This document shows positions 14,651 through 28,710 of a stretch of DNA of 64,000 nucleotides, in pieces; position 1 is the first letter of the stretch, and each line of letters begins with the position of its first letter. A program made the position numbers and the translations under genes. The stretch spans positions 156,116,001 to 156,180,000 of the forward strand of contig OZ024741.1 in the NCBI GenBank assembly GCA_964016885.1, given 5' to 3'. The stretch is from Eledone cirrhosa. Lineage: Eukaryota. Under the pieces are notes generated by a model. It was not told where the DNA came from. It ran no database searches and saw only the letters and a list, made by a program, of their open reading frames with translations.

Positions 14651-15021
14651 GCTTATCTGTATTATCGTGACTTCTGGGGCCAGCATAAAACTGAATCTTT
14701 TTTTGAGATTTCGATTTATACGGTGAAATGTCATTTTTCTTACACGACGAAGATGAATTAGCGTCCATGTTTTAACACACATACACACAGGCGCACACAC
14801 ACATGCTTGTATATGCCTGTGTGTATATATGTATATATACATATGTATGTATACGTAGATACATGCATGTGTGTATATGTGTGTACATATATATATGTGT
14901 GTGTGTATGTGTGTATGTGTGTATATGTGCATTATTGTTTGCTTTATTTCTCTATACATACATACATACATACATAAATGCATGCATACATACACACGTG
15001 CATGCATACATATGAAAATAC

Positions 15022-15595
15022 ATGGTGGCTGCCAACTCGTTTTCGAGTACGGCCACTACTTTATATCCATGTAGGAGAACCCCTACCGATGCGCTGAACG
15101 AGTGTGACTTTTTAGTCCAGCCAGCGACTTGAAAACTCTGATACAAACACTACACTTGTGACAATTATTGACACATAGTGCTGGGCCCATGGTACCATGT
15201 GACGACAAGTGCAGAGAGATCTCCAGATACGAAGCAATGCCTGTGCCGTGAAGCTTTTATAGTGAGCAAAGGCACTGCACAAAGCCAGTCCCACTCTCTT
15301 AACCAAGATGATATTTACCAAAAAGAAGGACAAGTCAACATCATTGGATACCATCAGGGTTGCAGGTGTTATATCAGAGTTTTCCTTCTCCTAGAATTCT
15401 GCCTTGACAAAGACTAAGGGGTCATCTCTCCCGGTGATTTTGGATGGCCATTGACTCTTAAGAGCTCCTTTGCCCTTTGACAGGTTTTGTTTTTAGTCCT
15501 GCAGGATGTCCAAAGTCACCCTCCTCACCAAGAAACATTGGTGGGGTTGCCAGTTTAGTCGCCAAAGACCCTACCATGGGACAGGTTGTACTGAA
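15022..15595 (-). mobile_element. Non-autonomous element resembling an RTE LINE 5' region
   Basis: Minus strand has CTAGGAGAAGGAAAACTCTG, which I recall as an RTE 5'-UTR motif. Close copy at 38124-38532 shares the same end; diverged copy at ~49200-49415. Confidence 0.65.
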
Positions 15596-15763
15596 CATAC
15601 ATACACACATACATACACACACGCATACATATGATGTATATATATATTTTCCTTTAATACCATCCAATTGTTTTTTCTATACTACCCGTGTGAGGTTTTA
15701 GCTGTTTTTTTTTTTGTATTTTACAGTTAATGGGATTTGCCATATTTTTCCTTATGTGTGTAT

Positions 15764-15880
15764 GGTATGTGGCTTTGTGGTTAGTGTGTTTGGCTCATGG
15801 TAGTAAGGTCGTCCGTTCGATTCCTAGCCGTTTCTGGTGTTGTTAAGCAAAACACTCTATTTCCTGTTAATCAAGTTCAC
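15764..15880 (+). mobile_element. Degenerate tRNA-derived SINE head
   Basis: A-box-like TGGCTTTGTGGTTAG, B-box GTTCGATTCC, followed by AGCAAAACACTCTATTTC core-like sequence. Confidence 0.6.
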
Positions 15881-15997
15881 TAAGATGACACCCCACCTCC
15901 ACACAATGCAGTTATTTATAAGAAATGCTAAAATTAATGCATGCATTATAGTCAGCCTATGAACGTTTAAGTCCAGCCCCGTATATATATATATTTA

Positions 15998-16086
<89 letters not shown>

Positions 16087-16151
16087 GAAAGGTATAGAAA
16101 ACATTGTAGCAAAAAGCCAACAGTATTCCATAGTATATAAGTGACTATAGC

Positions 16152-16186
<35 letters not shown>

Positions 16187-16588
16187 ACTGTTGGCTTTTA
16201 CTTCAATTTATTATAAGCTCCCGGATGGTTGTTTATATATTGTCGAAGCTCTTTTGTCACTCATTCTGTGACCTCAGTGACTGATATCTTATTTTGTGTC
16301 TCTCCTTTGTTCTGTCCTACACCATCTTATTTTTGTAAACAAATTTACCCTCCCCCACCCCAATTCAGAAATGCTTCCACCGCCCCTGTATATTCATAGT
16401 TATATGTACATATACATACATATACGTACTCACATATTCTATTATTCTATTCAGTGTTCCAGCCGACGCGTGAGGAAACCATACTTTTTTTTCACCTGAA
16501 AACGTGCGGTGAAACATATTTTGAAACTTGGAGGTCATGTTGTCAATAAAAAGCACACGTCACTCTGGTCTTCACTTCAGTTTATTAT

Positions 16589-16695
16589 TCCCGCCGAGGG
16601 TAACTTTGCTTTCATCCTTACGGGGTCGATAAAATAAAGTACCACTAATGTACTGGGTAATTGCTGGCCTTGTGCCTAAAGTAGAAACAATTATT
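16589..16695 (+). mobile_element. SINE 3' portion (octopus-type family)
   Basis: CCCGCCGAGGGTAACTTTGCTTTCATCCTTACGGGGTCGATAAAATAAAGTACC...TTGCTGGCCTTGTGCCTAAAGTAGAAAC, repeated several times in the window. Confidence 0.85.
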
Positions 16696-17193
16696 ATACT
16701 TTCCAGTCAGTTAGTTTAATGACCGGATGTATATTTAGTTGTTGATTGTAATCAAAGCTTTTTCATCACACATTCTGTGATCTCCTCAGTGACTACTTTT
16801 GTTGTTATTTTGTGTCTCTCCTTTGTTCTGTTTTACACTATCTATTTTTTTTTGTGAGCCGTCTAGTTGGGCTGCGCATGCGTTATCTCTTGATTTGTGT
16901 GTATGTTTTTATTTATTTATTTATTTATTTATTTTCTTTCTTTCCTAGTATAGAAAATTATACGAATGATACTTGCTCCATGTATAGATGCAATTATTAG
17001 TTGTCATTCTTTAAAACCTCCATGCTTCCTGAGATTCGCCAACACTACACCTAATACCCCCCCCCCCATACACACGCACACATGTATATCATGACTCATA
17101 CTATTCACTTCCCTGACATTTGTATATTATTCTATGTACTATACATGCACCTTTGACGAGTTGTAGTCCACCTGAGCACTCTACACAATAATT

Positions 17194-17228
<35 letters not shown>

Positions 17229-18165
17229 TAAGTACAAAAAATACAAATGAGATGAACTCATGCTATGACAGCAACAAATACAAGAATGTAATGTTCCCTA
17301 ATGCACCCCCCCCCCCCACGCACACACACACCAGATGAGAACTATCATACAGATTTAGAAGAGCTCTAGACAAAATTAAATTAAATATTAAGATGGTAGA
17401 AAAACCAGATATTCCTATAAAAGCAGAACGTACGCTTTTGAGAAAAGCTGCTGCACTGATATACATTAAGCCCACAGATTAACTGGAAAACTAAGAATGT
17501 GGTATATAGCATATGGTAGACGGGGGGACAACGTAGGAATAAGAACACGACGAGACGATGAGATGGCCAGTAGCATAGGAGAAAGGATGACAGAAAACTG
17601 GCGAGGTCACTAAGATGAGAAAAATTCATGAGTATTCCACCAATATTACATAATGGAATATAGGGACTTACTAGTGAACATCGAGATAAAAATGATATCC
17701 ACAAACACAACAGACGCAATGTTCCGACGGATTACTAAAGCGACAAACATAAACAAACTTCGATCAAAACTAAATAGAAAACATAGCGACAACCTCACAA
17801 CGTAGTAAGTAAGGTCAATATAAAGACATACAGAGACAAGAAGAAAGAGAGAAAAGAAATAACTAAATAAACATATAAATAAATAATTAAATAAATATAT
17901 ATTTATAAATACAATTAAATACAGTCAACATACACAAACATACACACACATACACTTGGATATAACGCATTCGCAGTTCAAGTACGCAGCTCACAAAAAC
18001 AAGATGGTGTAAGACAGAATAAAGGAGTGACACAAATTAACAACAAAAGAAGGTCACCGAGGAGGTCATATAATGTGTGACAAAAGAGGGTTGATGAGCA
18101 TCAACAACTAAACAACCATTCTGTCATTAAGCTAATTGACTGGGAAAGTATAATAAAAAAAATTG
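16693..18165 (+). mobile_element. Old PLE relic with diverged inverted arms
   Basis: ~16693-16935 is a diverged reverse complement of ~17850-18165, and each arm has a decayed HHR. The spacer translates as ELSYRFRRALDKIKLNIKMVEKP...WKTKNVVYSI. A further partial arm copy lies at ~16187-16340. Confidence 0.6.
17005..17230 (+). mobile_element. CR1-type LINE 3' end/UTR with (TTA)n tail
   Basis: FKTSMLPEIRQHYT* resembles the end of the 6696-7237 ORF; UTR ends CAATAATTTC(ATT)n. Confidence 0.6.
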
Positions 18166-18226
18166 AAGTGAAATCTAACGGGTGCGTGTGATTTTATCGG
18201 CAACATGGCCTTCCCAAAGCAAAACA

Positions 18227-21200
18227 ATATATATATATATAAATCTGAGGATGTGTGTGTTAAGGTTTGTAACGGATTCACGTCCACAATTTCCAACGGA
18301 TTCTATTCAAAGTCGCGACAATTATTGCTTTTGGTCAGGAAAAGGTCAGGAAGCAAACAAATTTCAAATCCATCAAAAGTAAGGGCAAAAATCGATCATG
18401 ATCATTCCCCCTCTCTGTAATGTAACTGCTTTACACTCTCTGTCGCTCCCTATATGACAACACTGCAGAGAGAGAAACAATGTTTATGATCAAATGGACC
18501 GTTCCGTATATATTCTATATAATTTAACTGCTTTACTCTCTCTGTCGCTCTTCACTCCCTATATGACAACACTGCAGTGGAGTGTTCCGTATTGAGCGTT
18601 CCGTATTGAGATACGGCTTATCTGGGGCATTTTCAATCGGCTTATTGCAAATAACAACCCGCAAAATAACACTTCATATAACAGATTAATGCTATAGTTA
18701 TATGAATCGGAATGTAACCCGTGAACTTTTTCCTGGGCAAAATTATTCGAACAGACATGACCTCATTGCCAGAGTGTTCAGACTGAAACTGGCTAAACTC
18801 ATGGCTTTAATCAAAAAGGGTCAGGTATTTGGGGCTGTAAAATGTGACATGTTCACCGTCGAATGGCAAAAACGAGGGCTGCCACATGCTCACATTTTGA
18901 TTTGGTTAGCTGATAAAATCAATTCAAATGCCATAGACAGCTTCATTTCGGCTGAAATCCCTAACCCAGCAACTGACCAGGAATTACATGACATCGTCAA
19001 AGCTAACATGGTCCGTGTGCGTCGGGTCCTAATGGGCATCACACTTGTCTGAAAGGGGTGTCGTGCAGTAAGGGATACCCCCAAAAATTTGTTGACCAGA
19101 GTCAGACTGGTGGCGACGGCTACCCCTTGTACAGGCTGTGACGGCCCGAGAACGGTGGCTTCACCACAATAGTAAAGGAGGTCAAGTCGACAATAGATGG
19201 GTGATCCCTTACTGCCCGCTTCTCTTGAAGATGTTCAACGCCCACATCAACATTGAGTTTTGCAACTCCGTCAAGTCGATAAAATACATATGCAAATATG
19301 TAAATAAGGGCTCTGATGCCGCAATGTTCGCATTTCAAGCTGAAAATTGCAGGGACGAGGTCACAGAATACCTCGCGGGGCGGTACATCAGTAGCAATGA
19401 AGCTTTTTGGCGCCTATTTGGTTTACCCCTACACCAACGGCACGCCGCCATCGTACAGCTTGTGGTACATTTGGAAAATGGGCAAAGGGTTTACTTTACG
19501 GACCAAACCGCCGCCAAGTTGGCCGCCGATCCGAAAGAGACCACTCTACGGGTTTCTTCAAACTTTGCCAGTTCGATACATTTGCGCAAACAATTGTGTA
19601 CCTCCAGGTTCCATCCTACTTTATATGGTCGAAAAACACTTGGGTGCGAAGAAAGTCAGGTCAGGCTGTTGAAATACATCCTGGTGTAAAATTTGACAGA
19701 TGTCTTGGAAGGGTTTACACTGTGCCCCCAAGTCAGCATAAGTGCTTTCATCTCCGCCTTCTTCTGCATGAAGTTGTAGGCCCACAAAGTTTTCAGGACC
19801 TCAAAACTGTTGATGGAGAAATATGTGATACGTACCGGGAAACCTACTTTTAGCGCGGTCTTTCGGAAGATGATTCGCAATGGGATTCCACTTTAGCAGA
19901 GGGTGCTTTGTTGAAATCATCTAAAGGTCTACCGGAACTATTTGCCATTTTGCTTCAAATGTGTGAATTGGGTGATCCCAAATCTTTATGGGTCAAGTAC
20001 AGAGACTTCATGTTTGAGGACTTCCTGCACCTGGCTCATCTGCAGTATACTTCAGTGGAAGTTGGTTACAGCGACATTATCTACAACAGGACACTCATCG
20101 ATACCGAGGACGCTCTCCTCGACATGGGTGGGAGTGAGTTGGCGACGTATGGCTTGCCGTCAACCATCAGAGAGGAAGCTAACACGTTGGCCCCGGATTT
20201 GTTGCGGGAAACAGAATATGACATCGAATCTCTTTCCTAATACTTAGAGGAAAATGAGCCCAAACTTCTGTCGGACCAAACGTCGGCCTATTTAACTATC
20301 ATTGATGAGGTTCAAAATCAAACTGGGGGTATTTACTTTCTCGATGTTCCTGGGGGTACCGGAAAAACTTTTGTAACGAAATTGATTCTCGCTAAGATTC
20401 GTCAGGAGAAAAACAATTGCGCTGGCCGTTGTATGGTCCGAGATCGCTGCTACTTTGCTGCCGGGAACAGAACAGCACATTCAACATTTAAACTCCCCTT
20501 GGATTTAGTAAAAACTGAAACACCAATATGCAATATCAGCAAGAGTTCACATGAAGCTCTGGTTCTCAAAAAATGTTGCCTCATTGTTTGGTATGAGTGC
20601 ACAATGGTACACAAGGGTGCCCTTGAGGCATTGGACAAGGCTCTGAAAGACATTAGGGATTCTACGACTCCTATGGGTGGCGTAACCCTTCTGCTACCAG
20701 GGGATTTTCGACAAACGCTGCCTGTCATCCCAAAAGGACAAGAGCTGATGAAGTGCGTGCCTGCCTTAAGTCGTCCATGTTGTGGCCCCAGGTGAAGAGT
20801 TTGTACCTGAGCACAGATATGCGTGCTCATTTGCATAGTGACAACACGTCTGCAGCATTTGCTCAGAACATTTTAGAACTTGGTGAGGGCAAGGTCCCTG
20901 CGGATGACAAGGGCGACATAACAATCGACTCCCTGTGCAACATTGTGAGCAGCCCTTCTGACCTTTGGGAAGCAGTTTTTCCTAATGTCTCATCTAACTT
21001 TAAAAACCTCGATTGGCTCAGCGAAAGAGCCATCCTTGCTCCGAAATATACCATGGTTAATTTTATTAACGAGCAGCTGATTGAGAAGATTCACAGTAAA
21101 GAGCACATCTTCAAATCTATCGACCGGACGTCAGACCCCGGCGATATCGTTAATTATCCGGTTGAGTTATTAAATTCCCTTGATGCCCCAGGGCTACTAC

Positions 21201-21939
21201 CTCACATTCTTAAGCTTAGGGGTGGGTGCCCCATTATGCTAATAAGAAACTTGCGTCCACCAAAGCAGTGCAACGGTACTTGCATGTCGTCAAGTCACTG
21301 ACGCCCCACTCGATTGGGGCCACCATTGTAACGCGGTGCGGGTGAGGGGAGAATGTTTTCATTCCAAGTATGAACCTTTTCCCCTCGGCGTCTGATATCC
21401 CGTTTGATTTCCGGCGATCCCAATTCCCGGTGAGACCATGTTTTGCCATGTCCATTAACAAGTCACAAGGGCAAATATTGTCGGTGGCGGGCATCCATTT
21501 GGGGGAACCATGCTTCTCCCATGGCCAACTTTATGTTGCCTGTTCCCGCGTAGGGAGCAGGAATGGACTTTTTGCTTACACTCCTCAATGAATGACACGC
21601 AATATCGTCTACAAAGATGTGCTATAGATGTTGGTGCAGGTGTTGGAGGTGTTGGAGCTATGCCGTCTGGAAATCTATTTCTCGGTAGGGTCACCCATGG
21701 CGGACAGATCTGACACCCAGCGGCATCAGGGCCACCATCTTGCAACTTTGGTCTACTAAATTCGCTATTGGAAGATTATTGACTGTCCAAAATGCTAATT
21801 GGTTCGTAACTTTTAATAACCGGTTCAAATGCTTTATGCACTTAATTGATAAGCTTATTCGCTTTCAAGCCACGTTTACCTGTATGTAACTTTTCATCGC
21901 AAATGAACAAACCCGAGCAACGCCGGGCTAAACTGCTAG
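18227..21939 (+). mobile_element. Helitron 2, internally deleted
   Basis: 5' region TATATATATAAATCTGAGG (exact TC start eroded). 3' hairpin CCCGAGCAACGCCGGG, then CTAG|T at 21936-21939. A short duplication (~103-bp period) is at 18421-18580. Confidence 0.85.
18702..21591 (+). pseudogene. Helitron RepHel lacking its N-terminal third
   Basis: [64 protein letters not shown]; many frameshifts. Confidence 0.95.
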
Positions 21940-21951
21940 TATATATATATA

Positions 21952-23099
21952 TCTACTATATAAATTGGAAGTGGTCGGACGTTGTATATTTAAGTGGATA
22001 TATAAGTAAGTAAGTGTAGTTGGAAAACGTCGAAACGGCTTTGTGGAATGCAGCGAAAATTTACACAGTCATGCAGAATGTCCCGGGGAGGCGTTGCGAC
22101 GATTTTTAGGGTACAAGCTTCTATAGTTGCGGAGAAAATCGATGAAACATGAATTTCCCATTCAAATTGAACTGAGAGTAATCTGAGAACGCAGAAGTAA
22201 ATATTTCGAGAAACGTTCCAACCGAACGAAAAGAGGAAGACGATATTTTGGTTCGTGAAGACGTTCCCTGACAATGAACGAAAAAAAAAACGAGGATAAT
22301 ACGTCGTTATGTAGAGCGGGAAGAACAATTTCATGCAAAGACAAGACCAAGTTTATGGTATAAATGGAGTCGTTAGACTAATATTCTATTTAACATAACA
22401 GAATGATTTCCAGCCCCGGAGTTTAAGAATGATGTAAATAAAATTGAAAACGAAAATGACAGAGGTTATTAAAATAGTAAAAGTAAATAGTGAAGATTTA
22501 GGCCAGTACATACGTATGCCCCGACGGACATACACATACATACGCACACACAAATACATACCCCCTCCCCACACACACAAAAACACACACACATACACAC
22601 ACACATACACCCACACACACACACAGACACACACACACACACACACACACATACACACACACACACACATACATACACACACACACACACACACGAGCGC
22701 GCGCGTGCATTGCTACAGTATTTTCACCAAACTTAAGACATAGGTTACTTATGTACTCCGGATGGTCATGGGCACTTTCATTTTTCCAGATATCGATTAT
22801 AGGGCCTCCTGGAGTCGACTGAAGAACTAGAGTGCAATGCAACAAAACGTCATATCTTCTGGAGTTCGCAACCGATTTTCACAAAACCTGACACATGGGC
22901 TACGTTTGTCCTACAGATGGATGTGAACGCTCAGAATTGGCACATATTCAGTAGAGGACCTCTGGGGGCAGGAACCCTCTTTTGGAAAAAGCCGATGATT
23001 TTGTAAAAGTATAGTTTTCGAAGTAGCACTGAAGTATTGACATAAATGGTATACACAACTGCTATTTAATACCCGAGCAACGCCGGGTACCTCTGCTAG
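21952..23099 (+). mobile_element. Non-autonomous Helitron (~1.15 kb)
   Basis: A|TCTACTATATAAATTGG start; ACCCGAGCAACGCCGGGT hairpin and CTAG end at 23096-23099; no coding capacity. Confidence 0.88.
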
Positions 23100-23304
23100 T
23101 CTACTATATAAATTGGAAGTGGTCGGACGTTTTATATGTAGGTGTAGTCGGATAAACGTCGAAATGACTTGGTGGAATGCAGCGAACATTTAGACCGTTA
23201 TGCAGAATGACCCGAGGAGGCGTTGGGTCGACTTTCAAGCCTCAAGCTTCCATGGTTACGGAGAAAATCGATGAAACAGGAATTTCCCATTCAAATTGAA
23301 CTGA
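23100..23304 (+). mobile_element. Second, head-to-tail partial copy of the non-autonomous Helitron
   Basis: TCTACTATATAAATTGGAAGTGGTCGGACG restarts directly after CTAG; similarity to 21952-22174 ends near 23304. Confidence 0.88.
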
Positions 23305-23714
23305 CGTCACGGCAGTATCATGAACGCTCGATTACGAGATTTGATGTTTTGCGCGTTCTAAGCAGACTTCTACTGCATAAACAACACATTTAAATTAATA
23401 AAGCATACTTTGCATTTCATTAGTTTATTTAACTACAATAACCAGTTTAAATAGGTGGTATTCCGGTGGTTCGTTTTTCACTTCAAAATCATATTTCTGT
23501 GTTCAACCTTATTTGACAGTACATTTATCGGGATTTCGGTTTGTTATTCTTAATATTTTTTTGTTTTTCGTGTTCCCTTTTTGTGATTTTTGTTGGTTTC
23601 TTGGTGGAGAAAAGAAGTTGAATTCTTATCAGTGAACCAAAATCTCCCCTGTAAAAACGGGTTAAACAGCTATCATATATATATCGCTTAAGGCTTTCTC
23701 TGTTTATGTATTGA

Positions 23715-23780
<66 letters not shown>

Positions 23781-23859
23781 CTTATGGTAATCCTGTTGCC
23801 ATATCGGAGTTGCATATGATGCAAATCGCATTAAGCGCTCAACGTCATGTATTTTCTTC

Positions 23860-24138
23860 TAAATATGATTTGTCAGCCAATGACGGTGTATGTGTAGAAA
23901 AAGGAAAGTGCGAAATTATTTTAGATGGGAACGGACGTCGGCTATGAAAATATGATTTCTGTGCGTTCAGTAGTCTTTAGATTGGAATGCCCCAGAAACA
24001 TATTACATAAGATGCTCTAAGATGATATCCTGTGACTGGTTGCGTGATTGAACCATCAGGTAATAACGACCACAATTGAAATATGTATCATAGCTTTGTT
24101 AATAAAGGATTCTTAAACATTTACTCTAAATATTCGCT
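23860..24138 (+). mobile_element. Diverged copy of the 1-290 repeat with a decayed HHR (24014-24094)
   Basis: GCTCT-AAGATGA...GAAA-TATGTA-TC-ATAGC; flanks align with 1-290. Confidence 0.6.
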
Positions 24139-24171
24139 CTTACATTATATTCTCTCTCTCCCACTCCCACC

Positions 24172-24238
<67 letters not shown>

Positions 24239-25020
24239 CGTGTGTGTGTGATTGTGAGTGGGGGGGGGGTGTATGTGTGTGTGTACATATAGATACTCAA
24301 ACATGCATATATACATATATAGAAATATACATAACGACGCACATATTATACACACACACATACCCACACACACACATATATATATATATATATACGTGTT
24401 TGTGTGTGCATGTGTGTGACGTTTCGTGTGTTCTTTCTTTTATTATGTACCATGTGGCCCATTGTTGGTGTTTCTTTTGTTGTGTGTAATTGTTATGTCT
24501 GTCTATAGGAAGAAAACTTCTTCAGCCATGTACTCAACATCATGTCCTTTCTATTAAATATTATTCATTGAATAGGAAAGAATTTTAACTTTTTTGTTCA
24601 AAATATTTTTCCTGCATGCTATGTCTTTCTCATTATAGAATTTATAATTGTGCATGAAGTATAGATATTTTGTTTCATCATACCGCAATGCACAATTTGG
24701 TTTCGGGCCGAATACTGTATCATTGGATTACTTTATATTCTATAATTACAAAACAGTATCAAAACAGTAATAATTACGCAAACATATACATAAAAAAGGC
24801 ATACTGATGCATATACGCAGACATGTGTTTATATAAATATATTCATACATATCTACAGGTATAGATGGATAGATAATTTATAGATAGATAGATAGGTAGA
24901 TGGATAGATAGATAGATAGAGAGAGAGATGGATAGATAGATAATATCGAGAATTATAAATTAAAGATAATTTATAGATAGATTGACTGATAGATAGAAAG
25001 ATAGACAGATAGATAGAAAT

Positions 25021-25063
<43 letters not shown>

Positions 25064-25064
25064 T

Positions 25065-27820
25065 GTTTCTTTATTAGCCACAGGGGCACAAAAGAAGGGG
25101 ACAAATACAAAGGTGGAAGTTTACATACAATAAAAACGTGTAAAATGTTATCACAAATGCAATTTAAAAAGTTAGTCGATTTTCCCCAATAGGGAGAGAC
25201 AGTTCATATGGGTAACACATACCCCCGAAAAAATGTGCAACCCTCATCTCCAGGAGTACGAAGAGTGAGTACTCCTTTCCTCTCCTCCTCCTTTTCCTCA
25301 ACCTACAGGCTGATATAGAGAGAAGGCCCATTCACTCAGGCCATTCTCGCCACTTTCACCCACCTTTCATAAAACTTGCTGGGGTGCAGCACCTCTCTTA
25401 CCATCCTGATTCTTCTTCCAAAGTGGTATTTGAAAAAAAGAATCAGTTGTTGGCCGGAGAGAAAGGTGTCTGACCTCAACCCTTTCAACCTTGTCCACCA
25501 TACAACCTCTTTCGCCATAGCTATCACACAAAGGAAAACCGCCTCTCCTTCGTTTTTGAAGGAGGGTGGCGGTTTGATCATGACAATGGACTCGGTGGTC
25601 AACCGGATTGGTCCCACCCGCGATAATAGTCGTTCTACATAGCCCCACAGGTTAGTGACGTCCGGGAGTGTATGAATGCGTGCGCGACGGTTTCTTCGTT
25701 ACGCACGCACCTCGGACAGATCTTGTTTGCAGGGTCCCTGCCCGGGTGCCCATTTCTGTAGAGATTGTCTCGAACTGGTAGAGCTCCTCGGTAGCACTGC
25801 CAGGCCAGGGACTTTTGGAAGTTGACCATCGGTCCCGGGCGGAAGGTCCTACCAAACAGACTGGCCAGTTCATCTTCCTCTACGCCTAGAGTTTCACTGA
25901 GCGAGTCGTCGCACTTGCTGCGGATCAACCCTCTATAGAATGACGAAGTGGAGTCTCCACTGATCGCCGGGTCCGCCTGCCAGAGGGCTGTGAGCGCCTG
26001 AGCACATTCGATGTGCCAGTTGCCCATTTTCCTCGGTCTTTGCTCGACCCAGGACTGCAGCTCGGTCAGCGAAACGAGTCGTGGGAAGGGTCGCCTCACG
26101 AACGGGGCCCACACCGGTTGTCCGTTAGGAATACGTAGAGATGCTGCAGCCTGAGCGCGTGTTTGCGCATCGTCAACCACGGCATCCCCAGCCCTCCGTT
26201 AGAAGGGTGTTGGAAGCAGATGGATCTTCTCACCAAAGGAGCCCGCCTCTTCCAAAGGAATTGGAAGAGCGCGCGCTCCATTTTGGCGAGCGTTTTGGCT
26301 GGACAAGACACGGTCAAGCGGTAGTAGATGGCGGACGCTTTAAAAGTGTTCGCCACCTCCGCTGACATTTCAAGGATAATTTGCACTCGGCCCACTTCTG
26401 GGTGAGTGCAAACACCTTGGTCGTCAATTCGTTCCAGTTCTTCTCCACCTGGAGGTCCGGCTCAAACCGGACCCCGAGCAGCTTTACCGGTCCTTCCGTC
26501 CAGCGTCCGACGACGCCATCGGAAGGCATCGATTTGCCTCTCCACGATCCGAGTTGCAAACCGATGGACTTGTCCCGGTTCAGCTTCGCTCCTGTGAAAC
26601 TTTCGTATTCCTTCAGTAAGGTGCCGACTTCCTCAAATTGCGAGGCGGTCGACACCATTAATGTCACGTCGTCGGCGTAGGCCAACGCCGCTTTCCGCAG
26701 TCCCGGTTCCAGAGGGATGCCCTGCAATAGCTCCAACTTCCGCAGTAGTAGCTCAAGAGTCAGTACGTACAGAAGGGAGGAGAGAGGGCATCCCTGTCGA
26801 ATGGATCGCGTAATATGGAACGGCTCCGAGAGGTAGCCATTCACCTTGATCCTTGAGCAGATGTTGCTGTTGTGCATTGCAGCAATCCAGCCCCTGAACA
26901 CGGGTCCGAAGCCTGCCGCCTCGAGCACCGCATCCAGGTGACGACGGTCAATCCTATCGAAAGCCTTAGACTGATACAAGTTGATCAGGGCCCCACCGAA
27001 GCCGGGTTTACACCCTACCCTCTCTATGATGTATCGCATGAGGTGGAGGTTGTCGTGTATGGACCTGGTCTGGATTGTGCATGTCTGCGCTTCTCCCACC
27101 AGGTTCCCGACGACAAGCGCCAGCTTCTTTGCCAACACCTTGGCCAAAATCTGTAACTCTGTGTTTTGCAGAGTTATGGGCCGGAAGTTGCCTATGTCAT
27201 CCCCCTTATTCTCGTCCTTCCTGACTAGTGTGACTACGCCCCCGGTCACAGAACTGGGAATTCTCCCGTTCTGTTGCCAGTTGCAGTAGACCGCTTCGAG
27301 GAGACCGATGAATAGGTCCGGCATTGCTACGTAAAATTCGTAGGGTAGACCGTCGAGACCTGGAGATTTAAGTTTGCCACATTGGCTCAGCGCGTCCCCT
27401 ATCTCAGCGGCTGAAATCGGCTTTTCGCAGAACTTTGCCTCGCTGTCCGAGAGTCGCGGTAGGCCGTCGAGGTATGGACCGAAATCCATAGCCCCTCTCG
27501 GCGCGCCGCCCCGCCCGAACAGTTGAGCAAAGTGCCGCTGAAAGGCCGCACACATCTGCTTCGGCTCACGTATCACGCGTCCGTTTTGGTCCTTCAAAGA
27601 CCGAATCGTGGACTTGTTGCCACTTTTTGCCTCCGTCACTCGAGCCCAGCTAACAGCTTTGGCTCCCTCGTTTCCCAGAGCACGTATTTTGCTTCTGACA
27701 ACGCAGCCCTCGTGCTTTGCGTCGAAGAACTGGTCCAAGGCCATTCTCGTTGCTAGCACGCTGGCTACGTTGCCACTTCTAATTACCTCTTCTACTTTAT
27801 CTACCAGTTCCTTCTCGGTT
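25065..27820 (-). mobile_element. Tx1/L1-clade LINE, ORF2 RT to 3' UTR, frameshifted
   Basis: KSPGLDGLPYEFY, NFRPITL, SKAFDRI, SIRQGCPLS, YADDVT, C-terminal CPRC..ETVAH. The 3' end AATAAAGAAA runs into (TCTA)n. Confidence 0.93.
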
Positions 27821-27821
27821 C

Positions 27822-27957
<136 letters not shown>

Positions 27958-27963
27958 ATATAT

Positions 27964-28710
27964 ATATAATTGGAAAATAGTAAAATCGTATCTCTGCGGT
28001 TTGCAAGTAAATTCGGCCTACTTATATGAAATGAGTTATCAAAGCACTCGAAAAGTTGGGGCCTTAGAGTAATAACATACGTTTAAATAGCTTGACAAAT
28101 CGAACATTGTGGTAGACGAATCTAACACAGAATATATACCAAACAACGATAGAACTAATCAGGTTGAGAAAAATGAACCTGGACAAATCAAACGATCAAT
28201 CGTTTAAAGTGTTTCTTTGAATCCGAAATCAAATATCAGACTTACGTGACTGGCAAGCTCGTGGTATTCATGATCGAACGGAGGATTCAGTTTTTCAACA
28301 GGATTTACGTTCTACCAAGTGATAAGCTATATGTTGCTGCTATATATGCTGCGTATCGTATCTATAGCTGTCACGTGTTAATTCCGGCAAGGGAAATAAC
28401 CCCCGGTTTTTGGCGGGTCATTCAAAATGTTAGACAAAGGAAATATTTTAATTTCCGCTAATCATCATGATAAGCTCTCAACTAGATGTTATAAAACAAA
28501 CACAAATAATTAACCAATCAACAGAATTGTCTAATTAAATTAATTAGTTAATTATTAACTCTAGGAGAATAATATAATTGGAAAATAGTAAAATCGAATC
28601 TCTGGCGGTTTGCAAGTAAATTCGGCCTACTTATATGAAATGATGAGTTAGCAAAGCACTCGATAAGTTGGGGGCCTTAGAGTAATAACATACGTTTAAA
28701 TAGCTTGACA
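27964..28710. repeat. Partial tandem (608-bp period, ~1.2 copies) flanked by (TA)n
   Basis: 27964-28097 is nearly identical to 28572-28710. Confidence 0.88.
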
